From contig JANJGN010000017.1 in the NCBI GenBank assembly GCA_026770705.1, forward strand, positions 103,230,001 to 103,294,000: a stretch of 64,000 nucleotides of DNA. Reading direction: 5' to 3'. This document shows, piece by piece, positions 12,601 through 24,939 of this stretch (position 1 is the stretch's first letter; each line of letters starts with the position of its first letter). The stretch comes from Isurus oxyrinchus (Eukaryota). Under the pieces are notes generated by a model. The model searched no databases. It saw nothing but the letters and a program-made list of their open reading frames with translations, and had not been told where the DNA came from. Made by a program: the position numbers and the translations under genes.

Positions 12601-15600
12601 TTGGTCATTCAAGGAATTAAGGGATACAGGGAACAGGCAACGAAATGGAGTTCAGGCATAAGATCAGCTGTGATTGTACTGAATGGAGAAGCAGGCTCAA
12701 GGGTCCGTATGATCCACTTGTGCTCCTGTTTTTCCTAATGTTCTTATGACAAACTTATTCTAGAATATACTAGAGAATTTCATTGTCCAAACCATGCTAC
12801 CTTATTGAGGTATTTTCCTGCATAGAAAGTCTGGTATCCCTGATTCTTCAAGTAGACAGAGAAGACCTGTGGCTCCATAACCTTCTGCCATTGCACACTG
12901 CTGCAGTTTCCATCCAGTGAGTTGTTGCGCACCAGGTGATTGTGTGGATACTTTCCTGTCAAGATGGCACTGCGACTTGGACAGCATAGTGGGGTGACTG
13001 CAAACTACAGTAGAAACAAGCAACAGCATCAGGAAGAGTCAAAACCAAAGGCATTTTTACCACCAGAGTTTATCAAATGCAGTGTGCTTTATTGAAAAGT
13101 TTGAGAAACTTGTAACCTTTCAGATCAGCAGGTCTAAAAGAAAGACAGCAGTTGCAGTTCTCATGGCTGTTTGTAAGAGATTCAACTTTTCTAAACAATG
13201 CATAAGCTGAATCTATTACCATCCCAGCTAGTTGCACTTTTAAAAAACTAACACACCACGATGAAGAACAATTGCTCATCAAGCAGGAAACTAGCAAAAG
13301 GAACTGACAAACCAAAGCACACAGCCTAAATTTTAACAGAATGTTAACAGAAGAGATGGCTCAGGGCAGTGAAGAAGTACACATTTTCAAAATAATGATA
13401 AAATAAATAAATTAAAAATTGAACAGTACATAATGTCTCAGGCTTTATCAAAGCAAGTAAGCATGTGCAGAACAATGTATTTGGAAGTTTGAAAGGAATA
13501 AAAGATAAGGCAACAGCAAATCCTCCAGCACAACACAGCTAGTTATCCTTCATCAACCTGTTAGTTTTGGCCAGAATTATTTCAAGCTAATTTCTCCTCA
13601 TCTCCAAAGCACTTGCCCTTCCAAGCATTTCATCTATGGTTATGGTGGCATTTCGGTTACACTAAGGATGAGTTATCCAGAGACTGGACTCATGACCCAG
13701 AAACAGGGGTTCAAACCCCATCATGGTAACTGAAGAATTTTAATTCAGTTAATTAATTTTTTTAAAACTGCAATTAAAAACCTAGTATCAGTAATGGCGA
13801 TCATCTAAACACCAGATTGCAGTGAAAATCTACGTCTCTCATGAAAGCTCTTCAGAAAAGAAAACGTGTTGCCCTTCTGTGGTCTGGCCTACGTGACACC
13901 GGAACCACAACGATGGGGTTGGCTCTTAACTGCTCTCTGAAATAGCTAAACAAGCCATCGTTTATACCAAACTGCTATGCAAAGTCAGAACACCTTCACC
14001 ACAAGGACTCCAGTAGTTTAAGGTGGTGATGTAGCATGGGACCTTCAAGGGCAAATAGGAATTTAATTTCGTGAATGAAATCAAATTGGGGGGGGGGGGG
14101 CAAAGTCAACACAGAGGACGACTGCAAAAAAACTCACTGGAGAATCAATTTGAAAAAATGGGTAAGTAATTGGCAAATTAAGTTCAACACCAATAATTAT
14201 GAGGTAGTACATTTTGGTAGGAAGAGAAATCAGATATTACTTGGGAAGTGCAAGTTTAGGTGGGGTGGGGAAACAAAGGGATCTTGGGACTATAAATATA
14301 CAAATCAAAAAAAGTTGCACCACAGGTTAGCAAGGACATAAAGCAAATCAAGCACTTTATTTCTAGAGGGAAAGAATTGAAAAATGTAACTAAATTATAC
14401 TAAAATTGTATCAAACCTTGGCTAGACCACACTTCAAGCAACAAATGCAGTTCTGGTCATCATATTTTAAGAAGTACACAGAGACACTGGAGAGGGTGCA
14501 GAGAAGATTTCCAAGATTCATATGAGAGAAATTCTTGGGTGTAAATATCAGGGAAGGAATGACAGGCTGGGTCTCTTCTCTCTTGAAAGAAAGACGGAGG
14601 GGTGACCTAATTGGGATCTTTAAAATTTTCAAAGCTTTTCTGAAGAGTGGATACCGAAAGAATGTTTTCTCTTGTGGAAGACAGCCTGATGAAATGAAAC
14701 CAATATAAGATGGTAACCAAGAAATCCAATACGGAATTCACAAGAAAATTATTTACCCAAATAATGCTAAGAATGTGAAATTTTCTACACGGAGTGGTTG
14801 AAGTTAAACTATAAGAGGAAACTAGACAAGTATTTGAAGGAGAAGGGGGCTAAGGCTTATGATTGTAAATTTAGACAAGGAAAGTTGGGAGGATACTGGA
14901 GTGGAGCATAAACACAATTACAGACTGGTTGGGCCGAATGGCCTGGTTCTGTGCCATTTATCCTATGAATGAGGATGAAATGTCCATTGCTTGTTGGTGA
15001 TGCTCATATCCCCCAAATGAATTTAAAAAAGCCATTCCAAGAACTATGACTTGCATCTTTATGACAATCATAGAAGAGAAGACAGTCCACTTTATGTGAA
15101 GGAACACAGGAGAATACATTATCTGTACAAGACATCCGTTTCATTGAGGAAAATAGTTTATCACAGATTTTCAGCGCCACCTCCTCACCCGTTTTGATTT
15201 ACAGCATTAGATTGGCCATTGATGTAGAAGTTGTATACAAACTTCACTGTGGCAGAACTTTGACACATGCCGAGTACAAATTATCATTGAGATCCTGGAC
15301 TTTGAATAAAGCAGTAAATGCTTTTGAATAAAGCTTTTTTGAAAATGCTTTTTGAATAAAGCAGTGCATGGTATAAACCAACCAGTAACAATGAGTTTAC
15401 TTACTGCATTGGTGAATGTAACCCCTGCATCTCCAATTAAGGCCCGAGTCTTCTTCATGGGAGTCTGAAAACAGCAGTTTATGGTAAAAAGTGAGCAAGG
15501 TGTAGAAAATAACCAAGTCAGATTTATTCTAATTAAACTTCTGACCCAAACTACATAGACATTGACAGTTCATGTTACACAGATCATTCAAATGCAATTA

Positions 15601-18600
15601 CATTGTGAATGTCAATCCAGCTAATTGCCATCTTATCTACTCACAGCTGGTGACTCAATGGCATTTATCAGGTCCAGATGCAGGTAGGACCAGTAATGCC
15701 ACATTTGGTACAGAAACAATATTTCAATATCCTGGTCCTAGAATGACATGTGCTATGAGGATGTGCTTTTTAAAGCTACAATTGCCACTTTTTCCTTTTT
15801 CTAGCTGGATTTTTAGAAACTGGGACCCTCCACAGACAAGAGGAAAACTGCCCAGACTGTTACAAGACATATGATTTCACATTCCGCCAAGCAGGATAAA
15901 GACAAACACTCAGCCCCGTGGGGAGTGCATTGCCCTGTCCATTCACACCATCCTGAAACATTTCAAAGATGAGACATCAAAATGCAATTACCTGTTCTGA
16001 AACAATAGCTGCAGCAGAAATGAATAGAATTTCAGTACAATATACACCCAGCAAAGTACTTAAAGGACCTACTTATCAAACAGGAGTGGAAATGAAAGAC
16101 AATGCTGTACTGAACACAGGTTTTGAAGCCATGTGCCCTCTGTCTCTATCGAAATGCTGTGTCCAGGTTGCCACATAGCTCTCCTGAGAGCAGAAATCAA
16201 CTGTGAACCAAGACCTTTTCAGAAACAAAAACATGCAAATTTGCTCCATCCAACTGTACCCAGAAGACAGGTGAACAAAACGACCTTAACATGGAACCAC
16301 CACATCAAGACCAGCTAAGCAACAGCTGCCCACATTTGCCTCTTTTATTTTTCACGAACTGTAAAAAATTTAGAACCCTATCTTCTTACTTGGGTGTGTG
16401 TGCCCATATGAATGTTTGAGTGTATGAATGGCGGTTGCATTTTATGTACTTTTTCCTTAGCTCGGGAAATAGTAAAACTTTTCCCAAGCAAGCTTGTCCA
16501 AATAATTCTTCACAACCTCAAAGCGTACAAATTGGGTTCTTACAGAACTGACAAAGCACATGCCCTCTAAATCCTGAAAAAACCTGATTGTGGTCAAACC
16601 TGACAAACTAAGGGAGTCATTTCATCCCTCATGTGGTCTTAACACATGGAATCCAGTCCCTTAATTAACTAATAATGAATGGCTCTTCATTTGGTTGTTA
16701 GATCTCATTGATAGTTAAGGAAAGGTTCATAATCCAAAGTCACTGACTTGTTGCTGCTATGACAATTGCCTCCCACAGGAGGCCCCAAGGTAAAACTCCT
16801 CATGCAGTGTGGAGCAGCACACTCAGCCAAAAGTAGGGGAGGGCTTGGGGATAAATGTGTGCTACTACATTTACATATACTAACTTAAAACACTGCCACT
16901 TGCTCCCATCATTTACAGTTTCAAGAGGCAGCATGAATTGAAAAAATTATTACAGATAATGGGGATAACTCCACATATCCAGAACTTGCTTTGAGCCACA
17001 TTGTACTTTTGCGCTATTGTGTCAGAGCACAAGGCCATTCATCCCATCAAACCTTGGTTTTCCACAAAGCACAGAGTAATTCATCACAAACTTGACCTCA
17101 AACATTTAACCTGCCGGAAGAACATTCTGTATAAATAATCCAGTTTGCAAAACTGATCAACAACTGTGTACCATTCATCCATCTGCCTTATTCACAGGTT
17201 TTTCACAGGCCACTGCCACCACACAGCCAACAGGTTCAGTGTGTGCTGGTAAACATTTGATTACATCAATCTTTACCCATCCTTATAACCGCCAATGTAA
17301 TCTTCAGCCAGATGATAGCTAATGTACAAGGACAAATAGAAAGCAACAAAATCTGAACATAACATGCTTTGTAATGTGAAAAACCTTGCAAGTTCAGCAT
17401 CAACAGTCTGGGTTTATCTTCCTTTTCCTGGTGATGAAATAACAGAAAAGTACTTTGGTTTATAACCTCTTCAGATTAGAGGCAAAGCAATCCTTGGAAA
17501 TGAGCATAATATCTTTGCAGAGCGATTGAGTGGGTCTTGAATCATCAACACATTTTTGAACTTCACAAAAACCAGAGACAGTTCTTTTATTCACTAATTT
17601 AAATTCTCTCATCGGATGTCAATGTCACTGGAAAGGCCAGCATTTGTGGACCAACCCTAATTGCCCTCGAGGTGATGGGGAGTCATTTTTTCAAACTGGT
17701 GCAGTCCATGGAGTGTAGGAACTCCCAGAATACCGTTAAGAAAGCAGTTGCAGGTTTTTAACCCGGCAACAGTGAAGGAACAGTGATATAGTTGCAATCT
17801 AGGATAGTGTGTGGCTTGGAGGGAATATGCACAGAGTGTTCACACATGTCTGTTGAACTCTCGGTTTTGGAAGGTGCTGGGAAGAGAGGCTTGGAAAGTT
17901 ACTGCCGTGCATCTTTTAGGTGGTACACACTGCTGCTGTGTGTCAGTGGTGGAGGGAATGTTGAAGGTAGTGGATGGGGTGTCAAACAAGTGGGCTGCTT
18001 GGTCCTGCATAGCATCAAGCTTCTTCAGTGTTGTGGGACCTGCACTCATCCAGAAAAGCAGAGAGTATTCCATCAAACTCTTGACTTATACCTTGTAGAT
18101 GGTGGACAGGCTCTGGGGAACCAAAATTCCCAGCCTCTGTCCTGCTCTTGTAGCCACTGTGTTTACGTGTTGCATGGGAAAGGGTCACCCACTAAAGGTT
18201 GATCCCTTTGAGTGAAGAAATTGTCCTCAGCTCAGTCCTAAATGATCAGCCCCTAATCCTGAGATTGTGCTTCCGTGTTTTAGATTCCCTGACCAATCCG
18301 TATTTTAGATTCCCCAACCAATGGAAACACTCTCTCAGTGTCCACCCTATAAATCCCCTTCAGAATTTTGTAGGTTTCAATGAGATTGCCTTTCATTCTT
18401 CCTAACTCGAGAAAAACCCAAATTTACTCAGCCCCTCATTCCAGGGAACAATTTAGTAAACCTTCACTGTACCAGCTCCAATGCAAGCAAACCTTTCTTA
18501 CATGTCCAAACCAAAACTGCACACAGTACTCTAGATGCAGTCCCACCAAAATCCTGTACAACTGTAGCAAGATTTCTTTATTCCTGTACTCTAATTCCCT

Positions 18601-21600
18601 TACAATAAAGGCCAACATGCCATTTGCTTTCCACTTGCTGCACCTACATGCCAACTTTGTGTTCCTTGTACAAGCACACAGTGGTCTCTCTGAACATCAA
18701 CACTTACAAGTTTGTCACCTTGCAAAAAGCGTTCTGCTTTTCTATTCCTACGACCCAAGTGACATTCCAAAATTTATGTAACTGCTTCAAGTCACTTTCA
18801 TAATATCACTGATTAGGCCTCAATGCAAGTATTATATCCAATCCTGGATGTCACAAGGTTTATGAAGGTTGTCAATGCAGAGAAGACTTAGTGATGTTAA
18901 CAGGGATGAAGGCCTTGAGTTATGGGTAGAGCCTAAGAAGCTGGCTGTTTTTAGATCAGACAAGTGCAAGAAGAGATTTGATATAGGTGCTCAAAATTAT
19001 GATGGGTGTTAATAGTGTGAAGAAGAAACTGGCACAAAAGTCAATAATCAGAGGACAGAGATTTAGAGTAATTACATGATATGGTTCTGCAATAAACTGC
19101 AAATTGAAACTCACTTATAACCCCTGCCTTGATTGAAGAGAGGATTTTTTCAAGCTAAAGTAACAGTTGTAAATTAACTTACTGAGTTATCATGTACAAT
19201 TAAGGACAGCTATGGAACTGGAGAATTTATGGAGTTGAGATCAACCATGACCCAATTAACTGGCACAATAGGCTGTGCAGCTCAATTCTTATGTTCCTAT
19301 CAAATATACAGTTATAAAAAGAGATGATATTTTTGGGTTGGGGGACATTATTGAAATAATGACCTAAATTTTTGTGGTCAGTGCAAACATTGCACTTGCA
19401 ACAAAACCTGCAGAAAGACTATGAGCAAGATTTCAAGCACTGGGAAATTGCTGTGATTGGAAATCTGTTGCAGCATGGCAACCCAACTGGGGATCTGGGA
19501 CCTGTAAATCTCCTTCATCAAATCAAGACTGAAGACATGCAAAATCTAAGATCTCCAAGTGCAGGTTAGAAAATTTAATTCATGCAAAAATCATGTACAG
19601 AAAGCAAAATAATGAGAGGGAAAGGTGGGATTGAGAGATGAAAGAAACAATGAAAAATGATTGAAAAAAATAGCTTTTACATTTCCAACCATGATGTTAA
19701 CCTGAAGGAAAGGATACTGTGCGTCGAATAAGTATCTAGAGACTATGTAATTTCCTGCTATTCCATTCTTTAATGCAGTCTCTTAGCAAGAAAATGGTAT
19801 AGCCCAGCTTCTGGTGAAGCAGGGAAACTGACAACAACTTCTGGAGGTTGCTATCCAATTTACTTATCCACAACGATGAACTGCAACAACCTCATTTGAA
19901 AATCACACATCATGCCATTTGTTTACAGGAAGCTGCATTTTTTTTTGTTCAGTAACAATATTTTCCTAGTTTCTTTCTCTCAAACCATTCAACACCCTGT
20001 ATAGGTATATAAAACATTTTCCTCCCCTTGATCTTCTGGCCAGATGAATACCAAGCTATAATGAACACTGATGTTAAGGCACAGGCGATAATGGCATCAG
20101 AATGTAGTTTGTGTGTTGATTTTAAAAGTTATGCTTCTTATAACTCAGTGACAATTTCTCTATTGTCAGATAGAGGGGCTGCTCAGTTTTCAAAATTCTT
20201 CATTGTATTCGTATTGATTGTTGGCAGGTGCTTTAACTTCTACATGATACCGGTTCCCAAACTGCAAAGATAAGCCCAATAAAACTTCCTGAGCTACAGC
20301 ACAAACAATCAAAAGCACTAGCACTCAGGAATGCAATTAAGAGGGAACATGGATTGCAGTGGAATTAGGCAACAGCAGAGACGATAGATTACAAAGTTAC
20401 TGAATAATAGGATAAAATGAGCTCAATCAGTGAAGGATTTTTCACTCTCACAAAAAAGGCTGCGTCCAGTCCTCAGCAACCAAATTATTTAAAAAAAAAT
20501 TAAGTCTCATTATGTAATTGGCTTACACACGGTCATCAGCTTGACTCAGTTGTTATCACTCTCATAGTTGACTGGGGAAGCCATGGGTTCAACTCTTGCC
20601 CCATGATTGGAGCATTAAGTACTGTCAGAGCTCCACTGCTCTGTGACAGGATGTGGCCCCTTGGATAGGCACAACTCTCAAACTCAATTTCAGCTCAACA
20701 AAATAAATGCAAAGCAGAAGTTACGCAGGGATAGAAGGTAATGAAAGTTAGAGTGGAAGTGGGTGAAAGATTTTATTTTGTGAAATAATTCTGCACAAAG
20801 AGGTAGGAACATTCCTGCTGAGAACAGAATACTCCATTCCAGCTTCAAACATATATAAATTAAAGTTATACATAAAATAAAGCTTCTACTTTGTCCCATT
20901 CATCTGATTCAATTCCCATCTCAGAAGTAAACCGCCTACCATTGCACCAGTGTAACAACCTTTTCCATTTGTCACATGAGCCATCCATCCTGTGACTTTC
21001 TGGGAAGAACATTACCAATTTGGTCCCAAACTCAGATTTTCCATGTTAATATGGTACATTGACATGGACAGTTTTTCATCGAGGCTGCCCAATCCTAAAT
21101 AATGCTTATGTAGCTCTTAATCACATTCTTCAACATAATACACTGTGGACTAAGCACCACAATCAAATTTGGACACTCAAGTCTGAAGCAGCAAATAGGA
21201 AATGACTAGCTTATCAGTTTTTGGTGGTGTTATTTCAGGTATTAAAAGTTGACCAGGATATTGGGTGATCTTGTTAAATAGTACCAAAGGATCTTTTATG
21301 TCACCCAGTAGGGAGCGTGCCTTATTTAATGTTTCAGCCAACAGACAGCACATCCGACAAAGCAGCATTCAGGCAGTACTACACTGGAATGTCAGCCTAG
21401 TCGTGTTCAAGTGGATCTTCAACCCTTAACGTTCTGACTGAGGGGAAAGTACTAAGTCAAACTGGCAAGCATGACCTTTACAGACAAGGTCAATATTGAA
21501 CACACTCCAGCAGCAGCTTTTCTCCTAAAGGGGATATAGTTTTCAGTGATAAATATTTAAAACAAATCCTGTGAAGCTGCAAAATAGGAAGTGAATAAAC

Positions 21601-23053
21601 CAGCAAGTAACACTGACTCATCTAGTGACTGGCCTTCAGCACATAACAAGTCACAAGGCCATTTCCGTATCATGTGCAAAGTATATGATTTAGACCTCTC
21701 TGATCTTTACATTTATAGTGCTCTTGACATTTATTACTCAAAAATAGCTAAAAAATCACTTATTTCAACTGACAATAATTGAGTTGTTTAATTGCACAAT
21801 CTTATGGATATGGACCAACAGATCACTGGACCGACTGGAAATATTGCTCAATATTGTGGATATGGGCTAACAGATCCCTGGACTGACTGTAAATATTGAT
21901 GGTATCATTCCAGGGTCTACCTTTGGGTCTCAAGATTCAAACTTGTCCCCAGGAGCGCAATGCACATTTATTTCAGATAGATATTCACTCTGTTTCCAAC
22001 ACAGCCAATATTTCAGGAATTCTGGCAGCTTTGCTTGTGAAGCAAGCTTTTACAGGCCACAGCATGAACAACCATTTCAGAGCCTGGTAAAATCATTTTG
22101 CTTATGTGGTTGGGCCACCAACAGCATACTCATTAAGTTTCTAAAAATTAACTTTTAATTATATGCAATTCAGATGTTCCATGCATAAAATTTTGTTTTC
22201 CATCAGACACACAAGGGGAAAAGCAAATAAGGGCAGTGACCATCTTAAACCACAAAGATTTGTGAACAACACTATGTATAATTTTTTTAAGACACTGGTG
22301 ATTCTGGAAAAGCGGCAAATGCTGTCAGTGAGCATCTAGAAGTCTCAGTTCATTTAATAGTGATTGTGGTATTGGAGTGAATTTGACGAGTCTAATGCAA
22401 TACAAAACTTTTTTTTAAAAAACGATTCTATCCGCGGAGTTTTACTTTTACATCATGTGTGTTTAATGTTTTATTGCCTTATTCAGGATTCCCTCAGCAG
22501 CCCAGTTATCCAAGAACAATTACTTATCCATCATTTAACACCAGTTCGTAACAAAAAGCTAATATAAAGCATGACAAATGTTAGCAAACTTAATAAGAGC
22601 AAATGCTTTAGAGTACAAAGTGAACAGTCAGCATCTGTACAAAAGAGCGTTGTGATGTTTCAGACATTAACCTTCATCTCAAAGGCTATTGCTAATTTTA
22701 TCAGTTTCTAAACTGTTATGTATCCTCTGATATAAAAAGTCCAAGCCAAAAAAAAAGCTTATATTCACCTCAAAAGACTAGCCTGGCCAATCACGATGAT
22801 TATCTGATAAGGGAGAAGTTCAGAGGACTGGAAGTAAGCAGTATACTTGTACAGAAGGACTGAAACAAATCTTAGATTTCAATCATACTTGAAGACAAGT
22901 ACAGCACAAGTTCAATCTACCAATTCATTTAAGACCTACCATTCCTTCCAGTTCTATATCCTGATCGTCTGTTAGTATCAGCACGATATTTGGCGGCACG
23001 CAGTGTCCGAACCGAAAGGACACGACCAAAAGCAAAAACACTGCCAAATTCAT
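6524..23053 (-). CDS. GNS: N-acetylglucosamine-6-sulfatase-like gene, coding exons 1-7 (3' part outside window)
   Basis: complement(join(6524..6606,7203..7370,8449..8547,10367..10432,12801..13004,15405..15464,22940..23053)) is one open frame with signal peptide, [62 protein letters not shown], collinear with recalled human GNS. Confidence 0.88.
7203..7370 (-). CDS. GNS: GNS-like exon 6
   Basis: ANRSVEFLQ...[21 protein letters not shown]...FNVHGK|gtgagt. Confidence 0.9.
8449..8547 (-). CDS. GNS: GNS-like exon 5
   Basis: [33 protein letters not shown]|gtaaga. Confidence 0.9.
10367..10432 (-). CDS. GNS: GNS-like exon 4
   Basis: [22 protein letters not shown]|gtaagt. Confidence 0.88.
12055..12750 (+). 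mobile_element. CR1 LINE fragments (endonuclease start and 3' end)
   Basis: Degenerate similarity to CR1 ORF2 start and to the 3' UTR seen in the other copies (ggaatgctctaccccag, gaatggagaagcaggctcaaggg). Confidence 0.65.
12801..13004 (-). CDS. GNS: GNS-like exon 3 (formylglycine motif CxPxR)
   Basis: [36 protein letters not shown]...[13 protein letters not shown]|gtagca. Confidence 0.92.
13640..15030 (+). mobile_element. tRNA-derived SINE interrupted by a CR1 fragment (~14060-14970)
   Basis: B-box-like ggttcaaaccc at ~13708; SINE body stops at caagggcaaatagg and its tail resumes at ~14970; the middle encodes CR1 RT remnants (WQIKFN, KPHLKQ antisense). Confidence 0.6.
15405..15464 (-). CDS. 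GNS: GNS-like exon 2
   Basis: ttttcag|[20 protein letters not shown]|gtaagt. Confidence 0.88.
17590..19300. mobile_element. Cluster of decayed LINE fragments (two CR1/L2-group families)
   Basis: ORFs 17840..18076 (MMEYS...PTTLKKLD) and 18436..18654 (HLEYCVQFW) are LINE ORF2 C-termini. Confidence 0.7.
21170..21460 (-). mobile_element. Deu-domain-type SINE fragment
   Basis: Reverse-complement similarity to the SINEs at 60010-60385 and 60870-61270. Confidence 0.55.
22940..23053 (-). CDS. GNS: GNS-like exon 1 (signal peptide, DD metal motif)
   Basis: [38 protein letters not shown]|gtaggt. Confidence 0.88.
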
Positions 23054-23059
23054 GATATC

Positions 23060-23455
23060 AGATGGAGAGAAGCGGCTCAGAGGGGAGAGGGTGATGTTTA
23101 GGTTAATAGCTCGAATCGCTTCGCATCACACACTGATCTCAAACAGCTGCGGTTTCCTGGTTCGAAACTTTCTGTGTGGCTGAAAGCACGCAGAGTTTTC
23201 ATCAAACGAAAGGGAGTGCATGTAATCGACAGGCCACCCAGCCAATCACATGTTCCAAAAATGTATCAGTCTTCCAATGGATTTGCTAAATTGCCAATTA
23301 CGTCTCACATTAGCGTAAAAGAGCGCGATCAGAACAAAAAAAAGTTGGCCTGGAGTTCAACCCGCAACTTCAGAACTCTAAAACACTCATCAGCCTGGTG
23401 GCTATTTTTAATACAAATCTTAAAAGAAACGTAAATAAATGTGGGCAGCGGTAAA
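23060..23455 (-). promoter_or_regulatory. Putative GNS-like promoter / 5' UTR
   Basis: CpG-retaining sequence directly upstream of the ATG, with several CCAAT motifs (e.g. 23242) and a CACATG E-box. Confidence 0.5.
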
Positions 23456-23549
23456 CTCTAAATTAATCCAAGATTCAGATGAGAAATTAGATTGAAATTT
23501 AATCCATTGGTTGTGTTTGGCATTGAAGATCCAATGGCACTCATCTACT

Positions 23550-23688
23550 TGAAAACAAAGAAAACTGCGGATGCTGGAAATCTAAAACAAAAACAGAATT
23601 ACCTGGAAAAACTCAGTAGGTCTGGCAGCATCGGCGGAGGAGAAAAGAGTTGACGTTTCGAGTCCTCATGACCCTTCGACAGAACTGT
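23550..23688 (-). mobile_element. Short Penelope 3'-end insertion with hammerhead motif
   Basis: Same sequence as the end of the Penelope element at 28375; flanked by 12-bp TSD CACTCATCTACT (23538-23549 and 23689-23700). Confidence 0.85.
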
Positions 23689-24106
23689 CACTCATCTACT
23701 GTCACCCAATAGAAATCAGTCTCGCCATGGAGGTGACTAAGGTAACATCGTTTTAGCCACAAGCATTATTTTCAGCGGAAAATTCCGTACCCACAATGCA
23801 GGTCAATATATTTTATGTATATATTTACTTATCAAACATCTTCCACCTTTACATTTGATCAGATCAGTTCATGGTCTATCTTTTCTCAATATGAGAAACT
23901 TCCTAACTCTCTGCGTACCTCCATTTCTAGCATTTTATGCATCCCCAAGTCTCTCAACCCCATCGTTGATGGCCATGTCTTCAGCTGTCAAGGTCCTAAG
24001 GTTGGAATCCCTTCCCTACCTCCTTATGCTGTTTAAAACCTACTTCTTTGCACATATTTTTGCTCCCTTGTCCTGATGTCTTCTTTGGCTCAGTGATATC
24101 TGATTA

Positions 24107-24271
24107 TGCCAATTGCGTCAGCCATTGGCATAAAAGAGCATGATCAGAACAAAAAAGCTAGCCTGGAGTTCAACCCGCAATTTCAGAACTCTTGGAACAC
24201 TCCTCTTCAGCCTGGTGGCCATTTTTAATGCAAATCTTAAAAAAAACTTAAATAAATGTGGGCAGTGATAA
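24107..24271 (+). repeat. Local duplicate of promoter segment 23292-23454 inserted in an L2-like 3' end
   Basis: Direct ~165-bp alignment (gatcagaacaaaaaa, cctggagttcaacccgcaa, aataaatgtgggcag). Confidence 0.9.
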
Positions 24272-24939
24272 TGTCTGATTATGCTCCTGTCAAGTGCTTT
24301 GGGATGTTTTACTACATTGAAGGCACTATATTAATGTGAGGTGGTGTTGTCAATGTATTCAAAGCAATCAAAAACATTCATACTCCTTTTGCAACAAGTG
24401 AACAAGTGGTTAAAGCACATGACCTGTGAATGAGTATTTGGGTCACATGGCCATGACAGTGTCTATTATCATTCTTTTCTACTTTTTTCAATTACTTACA
24501 GGCTCTGATTCCATTAACTTCCCTGGCTATCACCCTGGACATAGAAGGTTTGAAACCTCAAATTCTCCTCTATTTGCTGAATGCTTTCTTTCACTCCCCC
24601 CACCAGTACTAGCCAACTTCACCACACTTCAGCAAACACCTAAATCCATGCCATCATTACCTCAAAGCTGAACGTTTCGAATGCTGTGCTGTTGAATTGA
24701 GCTTGCCCACATTACTCCTCCATATCACAGCTCAAAATACCACATCCTCACTTACACAAAGTCTTGTGCTCTAATGGCCCCAAAATGCACTGTGGCTCAG
24801 TTAATCACAACATTTCTCATCTTTATTTTCAATTCTCTCTCCCCATCTTAATGATCGCATCCAGGTTTATGTCTTGTTGTAGGAACTCTTCCCTTTTCTA
24901 ACTCTGGTCTTCTAATTGTCTGTCAAAGCTCTCATTGGG

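Noticed and set aside
15573-16644. Possible solo LTR (TGTTAC...TTAACA)
   Set aside because: No TSD and no second copy in the window.
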